Source of the DNA: Escherichia phage AV109
Strand: one strand, 5' to 3'
DNA: 64,000 nucleotides
Sequence record: OR352939.1
Part shown: positions 57,675 through 64,000 of the stretch, one piece after another
Numbering within the stretch: position 1 is the stretch's first letter
How the letters are laid out: the number at the start of each line of letters is the position of its first letter
Made by a program: the position numbers and the translations under genes
Notes under the pieces: generated by a model
Told to the model about the DNA's origin: nothing
Databases searched by the model: none
The model's input: the letters and a program-made list of their open reading frames with translations, nothing else

Positions 57675-57872
57675 ATGTTTAAACTTCCATCGTTAATCAA
57701 CGCTATTAAAGGCAATAAAAAGAAAACTGCTATCGCTGCAATAGTTGTAGGTGGCATTATTTCATGGAACTTCGGGATTGCACCATTGTTAGTTGCCAAT
57801 GGTATTATAGTTCCTTCTGTTCCATTGGATACTGTAGTTGATTTGGCCTTTGCTATTATAGGGCTTGTTTAA
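57675..57872 (+). CDS. small hydrophobic protein (65 aa) on the opposite strand, convergent with gene 61
   Basis: strong SD AAGGAGA 6 nt before ATG; two predicted TM segments; occupies the only minus-strand gene-free gap between 56 and 61. Confidence 0.45.
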   Translation: MFKLPSLINAIKGNKKKTAIAAIVVGGIISWNFGIAPLLVANGIIVPSVPLDTVVDLAFAIIGLV

Positions 57873-58891
57873 ATCTTCGAATAACGAGATAATCTCATTT
57901 TAGCATGCAACCCACTTGAAATATTCTGTTTCATATATTCTAAAATTTCTTGTGGTGTTGCATTTTCTTTCATTACCATATCATTCACATCCTTTGAACT
58001 CCATGGAGCTCGGTCCCAGAACATGACACGTTCGCCTGCATCAACTAATCGCTTCATACGAGCTATAGTATCCGGATGCCTAGGTTCATTATCCATTACC
58101 CATACCCGGCGTTCTTTAAATGGTACCACATCTAAATCTATTGAGCCGCCTGTAATAGCGATTGCATTGGGTATGAATAAACTATCAATAGGACCTTCCA
58201 TTACCCAGACGTCCCCTTCCTTAACACGTTCAACACCATAAATTTTTGTTGCAGACTCAAACGCTTTAATAGTGATATATTTCTGAGGAGCATCTTTACG
58301 AAGTGCACGTCCTTGGAATGACTCGGCCTTCCCATCTTTATTAAAAATAGGAATCACTAAACGCGGTTCAGGAATCTCTTTCTTATACGTACCTGGTTGA
58401 ATCTTGTTGACCAATTTAGGCCATTCTAATGTGAACCATAATCTGTTCCATGATTCTTTAGGAATGCATCGAGACTTAACATATTTCACAATAGGATGCT
58501 CTTCAGGCAACTTGTCCAGACGAGAACAAGACGGCAAAGAATTTATAGTCTTTTTCTCTGGCTCCGGCTTAGCTTCAGGAACCTTTTCAATCTTTGGTTC
58601 CATTCTAGCTTTTTCTTTACGAACTTCCATTAGATATTCGCGATAAAGCTCTTCATCATACTCTTTTAAGTATCCGGAAATTGTATTGTGGTATTGACAG
58701 TTATAGCAATGTACATTACCAGGAGTACCGCCATAATACCAACCGCGAGCTTTCATTGCATCTGTCTGAGAGTCGCCACAAACTGGACATCGAAATGTTA
58801 ATTTAAATGTGCTTGAATTATTGATTTGTCTAAAACGAGGTAGGTGAGAAAACGCACGATAAGCAAATTCATTATCTATCCATTCAGCCAT
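57869..58891 (-). CDS. 61: DNA primase gp61
   Basis: 340 aa; zinc ribbon CPVCGDS..CYNC; near-identical to remembered T4 gp61. Confidence 0.93.
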   Translation of the reverse strand: MAEWIDNEFAYRAFSHLPRFRQINNSSTFKLTFRCPVCGDSQTDAMKARGWYYGGTPGNVHCYNCQYHNTISGYLKEYDEELYREYLMEVRKEKARMEPKIEKVPEAKPEPEKKTINSLPSCSRLDKLPEEHPIVKYVKSRCIPKESWNRLWFTLEWPKLVNKIQPGTYKKEIPEPRLVIPIFNKDGKAESFQGRALRKDAPQKYITIKAFESATKIYGVERVKEGDVWVMEGPIDSLFIPNAIAITGGSIDLDVVPFKERRVWVMDNEPRHPDTIARMKRLVDAGERVMFWDRAPWSSKDVNDMVMKENATPQEILEYMKQNISSGLHAKMRLSRYSKI

Positions 58892-58904
58892 AGTATTCTC
58901 CAGA

Positions 58905-58924
58905 GGCCTTAAATTAATAAGGCC
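58905..58924 (-). other. hairpin GGCCUUA-(6 nt)-UAAGGCC immediately upstream of gene 61 SD
   Basis: 7-bp inverted repeat between upstream ORF stop and gp61 RBS. Confidence 0.35.
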
Positions 58925-58930
58925 ATCTTA

Positions 58931-59425
58931 TCACAACTTATTAATATTTACTTTAATTCGCTTTCTTTTCTTGGAAGGAATTTGTTCGGGACCTTTATTT
59001 ACGACTGCACCTGTAGTTGTTCCTGATGCAATAGCTTGATGGCTGCCACCTGAATCACCAGCAACCATATCCTCAAATAAAGGGAGTTCTTTAAATATTT
59101 CTTTCTGTTGTTCTTCAGTAATGTTATAGCGTGAAGCTACAGCACTCCAAGCAGACATCATTGAGGCCATTCCATTAAGACCCGGAACAGTGCTCATCAT
59201 TCGCTTCATTGAACGAACTGAAGCATGAAAAGGTGTATAAGCCGCTTTCTCTTCAGGAGTAGAAGGACGTTTAAGAACACTTCCACGTTCATCGATGATT
59301 TTGGCTTCGTATGCTTTCCATTCGGTAAAAGGTTTTTGCATTAGTCGAATAAACTTATATGCATAAACAGAATCTATTGCAGTGTTAATAATACCCATAG
59401 GTACCTCCTGAGTATATTTAATCAA
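58931..59425 (-). CDS. hypothetical protein (164 aa)
   Basis: ORF in 41-61 island. Confidence 0.45.
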   Translation of the reverse strand: MIKYTQEVPMGIINTAIDSVYAYKFIRLMQKPFTEWKAYEAKIIDERGSVLKRPSTPEEKAAYTPFHASVRSMKRMMSTVPGLNGMASMMSAWSAVASRYNITEEQQKEIFKELPLFEDMVAGDSGGSHQAIASGTTTGAVVNKGPEQIPSKKRKRIKVNINKL

Positions 59426-59615
59426 TTACAAAGATTGCTTTGTCACCATTTATATCTGTGACTTCATATGTAGTGCCTTCATACTGTGGAATATTCCAAA
59501 TTACACCGTCATTAGCTTTTACGCTAATATGGCATTGGTGTTTTGAAACAACTTCATAATCTTCAAAACTTGTAAAAACACTAATTTTAGAACCAGTGCA
59601 AATTGCAGTAGTCAT
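59418..59615 (-). CDS. hypothetical protein (65 aa)
   Basis: ORF. Confidence 0.4.
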   Translation of the reverse strand: MTTAICTGSKISVFTSFEDYEVVSKHQCHISVKANDGVIWNIPQYEGTTYEVTDINGDKAIFVID

Positions 59616-59616
59616 T

Positions 59617-60276
59617 TTAACCTCGATTCATAAATGCATTAAATATTTGGTCATCAACAGAAATTTCTAATTCGACTTCAATTGCTTCAGCCTTTTCTTC
59701 AGGTGGTAATTCGTATCCACACACTACAATTTTTTCATCGATATCAAAATATACAGAAGCAATACGATTAATGTTATTTTCAGTTAAGTCTAAATCAACA
59801 TCAACATCTTTTTGATCTACACTTAAAGGATAACTAATACGGGTTATTTTATTATCTTTAACAAAGAGTCCACCAACATACTCTGTACTACGTTTGAAGT
59901 TTACACGTTTCCGAATTGAAAGATATGATACATCTTTACCGTGAGCTCGGCTCATAGGACATAATGAATAGCTAGAATAAGAGATGTCAAATCCTACACC
60001 TTCAATATGAGCCAACGTGTCATGATTAAACCAATTATAATCATATGCCAAATCCATTATATTGTAATATGTGAAAGGCACTGGATTAACATCATATGTT
60101 GTACCTTTAAAATCTGCCCAGGCAACGATTTCGTTATCTTTAACAATTACAAAAATTACACCAATATGGTATCCGTTATTATTTTCATTCGGCGTTATAT
60201 TATAACATTGTGCATTAGGAAATTTACCATATTTAAATGGCGCATTTTTGTGCATATAATAAATCATATTATTCAC
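59617..60276 (-). CDS. hypothetical protein (219 aa)
   Basis: ORF. Confidence 0.45.
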   Translation of the reverse strand: MNNMIYYMHKNAPFKYGKFPNAQCYNITPNENNNGYHIGVIFVIVKDNEIVAWADFKGTTYDVNPVPFTYYNIMDLAYDYNWFNHDTLAHIEGVGFDISYSSYSLCPMSRAHGKDVSYLSIRKRVNFKRSTEYVGGLFVKDNKITRISYPLSVDQKDVDVDLDLTENNINRIASVYFDIDEKIVVCGYELPPEEKAEAIEVELEISVDDQIFNAFMNRG

Positions 60277-60562
60277 CTGTGATTTCGGTTACGATATCTT
60301 TGTTATCGAAATTAGGGTCACAATACAAAACATAGTTGTACTGCATGATACCGCCAGACTTAAGTTGTTCAACAACTTTATTAACCATATTAGGACGGTC
60401 TCGTTTAGTGATGTTCATGATATCAGAGAAGATTTGTTGTTCAACATCTTCTTGATTTGCAGTCATTGACCACTCACAGAGGTCTTTATCATAACCTGCC
60501 GTAACTGGAGCCGGTGCACATGATACTGCAAGTAAGATTGCTGCCAATGATAACTTTTTCAT
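60269..60562 (-). CDS. sp: Spackle periplasmic superinfection-exclusion protein
   Basis: 97 aa with signal peptide; GYDKDLCEWSMTA..DIMNI.KRDRP..QLKSGG.MQYNYVLYCD.NF.NK matches remembered T4 Sp. Confidence 0.75.
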   Translation of the reverse strand: MKKLSLAAILLAVSCAPAPVTAGYDKDLCEWSMTANQEDVEQQIFSDIMNITKRDRPNMVNKVVEQLKSGGIMQYNYVLYCDPNFDNKDIVTEITGE

Positions 60563-60591
60563 TTTAACTCCTTAGTTGATTTGATAGGACT

Positions 60592-60621
60592 ACTATACTA
60601 TAGTCCATCTATAATGTAAAC
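60592..60621 (-). promoter_or_regulatory. T4-type early promoter (GTTTAC / TATAGT) for sp
   Basis: minus-strand GTTTAC 60621-60616, TATAGT 60597-60592. Confidence 0.5.
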
Positions 60622-60625
60622 AAGT

Positions 60626-60874
60626 TTATTCTTTTTCGCGAATAATAATTACTTGTTGAGGCTGCTGAGCAGATTTCTTTTCGGCAACGATAGACCAAAT
60701 TAAAGTTCCAATCCAACCAATCATCGTCCAGTTAAAGAGTAAAGATACAAAGAAGATTGCTGTTGTGCTTTTTGTGCCACGAATAAGTGCGATTACCCAA
60801 GGCAACATGTAAATGATGATTGAACCAATACCTGCGATTAAAACTGCTACTGAACTAGCTACGAATAATTCCAT
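60626..60874 (-). CDS. small integral membrane protein (82 aa, 2-3 TM segments)
   Basis: hydrophobic segments VAVLIAGIGSIIIYMLPWVIALI and AIFFVSLLFNWTMIGWIGTLIWSIV. Confidence 0.5.
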   Translation of the reverse strand: MELFVASSVAVLIAGIGSIIIYMLPWVIALIRGTKSTTAIFFVSLLFNWTMIGWIGTLIWSIVAEKKSAQQPQQVIIIREKE

Positions 60875-60935
60875 GTTAATTTCCTCTTGATTTGTTATGT
60901 TTATAGTATCTTATTTTAACTTTGGCGTAAACCAA

Positions 60936-61304
60936 TTAATTAAATTTGTTTAAACGTTCAATACACTGGACGTAGTTATTCGCGATTTGTTTCTGGGTAG
61001 GCTCTTTACCAGTTGTTTCAACATAGCGAATGAATGCGATTTCAGTAGCCTGTAAGCAATGTTCTTTAACGCGCTGTTCTTTTGACATAGCTACAGTATC
61101 AGAATCACGATAACGTTGAGCATGGGCATCAGCTTGAATCATTCGATTACCTACAGTAACCGGGTCTTCCACTTCAACTTTAGGTTGGTCGTACTGTTTA
61201 ACATTCGGATTGTAAATCAATTGGCCGACGTTATTAGGGATAAAGCCATGGGCACCACATCCGGTTAATCCAAATACCATTGCTAAAGCGATTAATTTTT
61301 TCAT
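60936..61304 (-). CDS. lipoprotein (122 aa)
   Basis: signal peptide with lipobox LTGC. Confidence 0.55.
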   Translation of the reverse strand: MKKLIALAMVFGLTGCGAHGFIPNNVGQLIYNPNVKQYDQPKVEVEDPVTVGNRMIQADAHAQRYRDSDTVAMSKEQRVKEHCLQATEIAFIRYVETTGKEPTQKQIANNYVQCIERLNKFN

Positions 61305-61332
61305 TTCAATTTCCTCTGTAGTTGATAGAAAG

Positions 61333-61362
61333 ATAGTAACACAGTATGTGGTGCTTGTAAAC
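61333..61362 (-). promoter_or_regulatory. T4-type early promoter (GTTTAC / TACTAT)
   Basis: minus-strand GTTTAC 61362-61357, TACTAT 61338-61333. Confidence 0.5.
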
Positions 61363-61375
61363 AGTTATTTTAAAA

Positions 61376-61564
61376 TTATCGAAAATCTGCTTCGAAAACT
61401 TTCTCGTCATTAACAAATGCTTTAACTAATGCTTTGTTCACTTCAGCAAGTTGTACCGTAACCCACTCGATTTCTTCGCGATCACCTGATAACATGATAT
61501 CTTTAGTGAACATCTCACCGCTTTTAAACCAACCGATAAAAGTAACTTTAGTTAATTTGCTCAT
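61376..61564 (-). CDS. hypothetical protein (62 aa from ATG 61564)
   Basis: ATGA overlap with upstream stop; track start 61585 overlaps upstream ORF. Confidence 0.35.
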   Translation of the reverse strand: MSKLTKVTFIGWFKSGEMFTKDIMLSGDREEIEWVTVQLAEVNKALVKAFVNDEKVFEADFR

Positions 61565-61878
61565 ATTTCCTCGCAAAATGCCCATTCAGCGTGATAAACT
61601 GTAGCGCCTTTAGTATCATTCATTTGAACTACATCTACCGGAGAAATTACTCGATAGAGACGTGGTTCACCTCCATAAGAGCGTGCTGCTCGTCCTGCAT
61701 AAATCTTTGCTAAACCGATATCTTCAGTAAAGAATACACGATCCAAGTTTTTCTTACGTCCAGTTTCAGACAGAACTCCTGTTTCTTCAGGAGGACAAAG
61801 CATGTTTTCGATGTTAGCTGAACTACTTGAACCGTGATAAAAAATCTTAAATTCTGCTTTACAATCGATGGTTTTCAT
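61561..61878 (-). CDS. hypothetical protein (105 aa)
   Basis: ORF with early promoter upstream. Confidence 0.45.
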   Translation of the reverse strand: MKTIDCKAEFKIFYHGSSSSANIENMLCPPEETGVLSETGRKKNLDRVFFTEDIGLAKIYAGRAARSYGGEPRLYRVISPVDVVQMNDTKGATVYHAEWAFCEEI

Positions 61879-61904
61879 TTTGTTCTCCAGTAGTTGATAG
61901 GTCT

Positions 61905-61933
61905 ATAATAACACAACTACTGGAGAAGTAAAC
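61905..61933 (-). promoter_or_regulatory. T4-type early promoter (GTTTAC / TATTAT)
   Basis: minus-strand GTTTAC 61933-61928, TATTAT 61910-61905, AGACCTATCAACT leader. Confidence 0.5.
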
Positions 61934-62308
61934 TTAAAAACGTAATTTAGATATATCTGCGTTGATTTCGTTTTGGTTTGCGTCGTATGCAATTAAACGA
62001 ACCGCTTTAGATGGGTCATTCAATGCATAGAAATGATGGAACATTGCTCGAACGATATCACCATTTACGAGTTCTACCTGGATAGGAGAACCTTTTTCGA
62101 GTTGGAAATGTTCATAAGCTTTGATGGTTCGTAGATAATCAAGTTTTTGATTTCCGGCTCCAACTATTTGTACGATACGTTTGCCCATGTTTTCCATACG
62201 AGATACAATAGTTTTAGGAGCAAGAATAACGTAGGTTGCCAGCGGAGAAACTACTTCAACAGTTGTGTTTTCGGTGATTGCAGTAAAAATTGCTTGAGAC
62301 ATATTCAT
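61934..62308 (-). CDS. hypothetical protein (124 aa)
   Basis: ORF with AAGAGGAAAA SD; first gene downstream of 41. Confidence 0.5.
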   Translation of the reverse strand: MNMSQAIFTAITENTTVEVVSPLATYVILAPKTIVSRMENMGKRIVQIVGAGNQKLDYLRTIKAYEHFQLEKGSPIQVELVNGDIVRAMFHHFYALNDPSKAVRLIAYDANQNEINADISKLRF

Positions 62309-62337
62309 AATGTTTTCCTCTTGGTTGGTGTAAGTAC

Positions 62338-62367
62338 ATCATATCATGCCTAGAGGAAGATGTAAAC
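62338..62367 (-). promoter_or_regulatory. T4-type early promoter (GTTTAC / TATGAT)
   Basis: minus-strand GTTTAC 62367-62362, TATGAT 62343-62338. Confidence 0.45.
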
Positions 62368-62371
62368 CCCG

Positions 62372-62393
62372 AAAGGAGACCGAAGTCTCCTTT
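62372..62393 (-). terminator. hairpin AAAGGAGAC-UUCG-GUCUCCUUU after gene 41
   Basis: 9-bp stem with UUCG loop 3 nt after gene 41 stop; variant of the repeated GGGAGACCGAAGTCTCCC element. Confidence 0.5.
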
Positions 62394-62396
62394 TTA

Positions 62397-63839
62397 TTAA
62401 AATTTTAACTCGTTGGCTAAGCTATCTAGGTCAGCACGTGTTGCTTTGGCTTTACCTACGCGTTCCGTACGATTCACCTCTGCCTGACGCATCTGAGCAC
62501 CTGCGTTTTCATTTACTGTGTTAGGTGTGTTCATGCCTTCTTGCTCAATCTCAACCCATTTCTGATTGCCTTTACGTACACCCATCAGGAATTTATTCCA
62601 CTTATTCTTATCACCATATCGTGATTTGATTTGTTTGATAAGTTGTTGTTCAGCTTGTGCAAGTTCTTCGGTTTCAATTACGGCCAACATGAAATCTGCC
62701 GTTGCTGGTAAACCTGCTGATTCTGCAATATCACTCATGTTCATGTCTGAAGCATCCCATGCTGCACGTCCTACTTGAGCTGCAGTCCATAGAACTGTTT
62801 CAGATTCTACTGCTAATGCACGAAGTTCTTCTGCGATAGCTTTAACTAATGTGTAGCTATTTTCAGTGTAAACTCTGATACGACAAGACCCACAAATACC
62901 TAAGTAATCAACCATGATTACAGATGGCACAAAGTTCTTCTTGAGTTTCAATTCATTAAGCAATGCACGGAATGTATTAGCATTAGCTCCGCCAGTAGGA
63001 TACTGTTTAACTACTAAACGTCCTAATGTGGATTTTGAACGCCATTTTTCCATCTTGGCTTTATATTCAGCATAAGATACGTTACCATCATCAATATCAT
63101 CGAGCGATACGTCAAGCATGTTTGCATCTATACGCTTAGCACAAACTTCTTCAGCCATTTCCATAGAAATATAAAGAACATTATGACCTGTTTGAAGATA
63201 ATCTGCAGCAAGTGAACAAAGGCCTAAAGATTTACCAACGTTAACACCGGCCATTAAAACATTCAGTGTACCGGTTTCAGCACCACCTTTAGTGATTTTA
63301 TTCAAAATGTTTAATTTGAACGGGACCTTACGTGCTTTGTTCAGATAAGAAAGCCAGCGTGCTTCATAGTCTTCCATCCAGTCATGTCCAACATAACTAT
63401 CGAACGAAATTGAAAGTGCTTGACGCATAATATCAGGAATAGCTCCTACGTCAGGCATTTTCTTGTTACGTTGTTCTGGAGGTAGTTCAGCATTAGACTG
63501 AATCTCAATGATTTTGGATGTAGCATTATACATCGCTTTTTGCTGGACATATTTCTCAGTTTCTTTAACCAACCATTCATGGTCTTCAGGAGTATCAGCC
63601 AATTTTTCAATTAGGTCCGAAGTTCCTTTATATTCGGCTTCAGTTAAAGAACTGTTATCTAAAGCCACCTTTAATGCATTGATAGATGGCATTGCATTAT
63701 ATTCGTTAACGTGGCTCTTTATAATTTTAAAGACATTTTTTGCCGGTCCACGCTCAAAATACTCAGAATCCATATAAGGCCAGACCTTAGAAAAATAAGC
63801 CTGGTCATATACTAGATGAGACAAAATAATTTCTACCAC
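62397..63839 (-). CDS. 41: replicative DNA helicase gp41 (DnaB-like)
   Basis: 480 aa near-identical to remembered T4 gp41; GTG start preceded by AAGGAG SD. Confidence 0.95.
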   Translation of the reverse strand: MVEIILSHLVYDQAYFSKVWPYMDSEYFERGPAKNVFKIIKSHVNEYNAMPSINALKVALDNSSLTEAEYKGTSDLIEKLADTPEDHEWLVKETEKYVQQKAMYNATSKIIEIQSNAELPPEQRNKKMPDVGAIPDIMRQALSISFDSYVGHDWMEDYEARWLSYLNKARKVPFKLNILNKITKGGAETGTLNVLMAGVNVGKSLGLCSLAADYLQTGHNVLYISMEMAEEVCAKRIDANMLDVSLDDIDDGNVSYAEYKAKMEKWRSKSTLGRLVVKQYPTGGANANTFRALLNELKLKKNFVPSVIMVDYLGICGSCRIRVYTENSYTLVKAIAEELRALAVESETVLWTAAQVGRAAWDASDMNMSDIAESAGLPATADFMLAVIETEELAQAEQQLIKQIKSRYGDKNKWNKFLMGVRKGNQKWVEIEQEGMNTPNTVNENAGAQMRQAEVNRTERVGKAKATRADLDSLANELKF

Positions 63840-63848
63840 GATAACTCC

Positions 63849-64000
63849 TTAAAAGAATTTAAATTTTTTCTTGGTTCGTTCATTAAAAGCTTGTTGTACT
63901 TGCATTGTAACACATTTTTCAACGTGTGGTGCAAGTTCTGCTTTTCTGTCCTGGTCAAGAACTGCAAAGTCCATTACGATTTTACCATCAACCCAGTCTA
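63849..64000 (-). CDS. partial CDS (C-terminal 49 codons of the gene upstream of 41), hypothetical
   Basis: frame open from window edge to TAA 63851-63849; hand translation ..DWVDGKIVMDFAVLDQDRKAELAPHVEKCVTMQVQQAFNERTKKKFKFF. Confidence 0.4.
   Translation of the reverse strand, partial: DWVDGKIVMDFAVLDQDRKAELAPHVEKCVTMQVQQAFNERTKKKFKFF

Noticed and set aside
61561-61878. Possible ADP-ribosyltransferase or PARP-like H-G-S motif (FYHGSSS) in the 105-aa ORF
   Set aside because: The protein is too short for a complete ART fold and the downstream Tyr and Glu signature positions cannot be placed with confidence; left as hypothetical.

Overview
This window is a contiguous segment of a T4-like (T-even, Tequatrovirus-type) myovirus genome, recognised from many proteins whose sequences I recall from phage T4. 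On the minus strand (early/middle genes, transcribed from high to low coordinates) the order is: 3' end of an upstream gene, 41 helicase, an accessory island including spackle, 61 primase, 56 dCTPase, soc, small ORFs, two Mod-like ADP-ribosyltransferases, srd-like, dda, dexA, small ORFs, a GIY-YIG endonuclease, an unsplit gene 39, an HNH endonuclease, a glycosyltransferase-like ORF, rIIA, rIIB, denB-like, ndd, two small membrane ORFs, 52, motA, small ORFs, asiA. The plus strand carries the late tail-fibre and lysis cluster 34-35-36-37-38-t. The minus strand then continues with rnh, dsbA, 33, a GIY-YIG endonuclease, 59, 32, frd, td (group I intron with I-TevI), an HNH endonuclease, nrdA, nrdB (group I intron with a short I-TevIII-like ORF), denA, rnlA, alc, the pseT.3/pseT.2 spanin pair, pseT, small ORFs, a DAHP synthase, cd, 31 and rIII. 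Gene 39 is unsplit and gp38 is a T2-type glycine-rich adhesin, so the phage is a T2/T6-like mosaic rather than T4 itself. I found many T4-type early promoters (GTTTAC-N17/18-TATAAT), several late promoters (TATAAATA) and a family of C(UUCG)G tetraloop hairpins between genes. No tRNA, rRNA or CRISPR was seen. The least expected items are the phage-encoded DAHP synthase, the glycosyltransferase-like ORF between 39 and rIIA, six homing-endonuclease genes, and a small opposite-strand membrane ORF beside gene 61. Identifications rest on remembered T4 sequences and motifs, not on database searches; coordinates of small ORFs and start codons are provisional.
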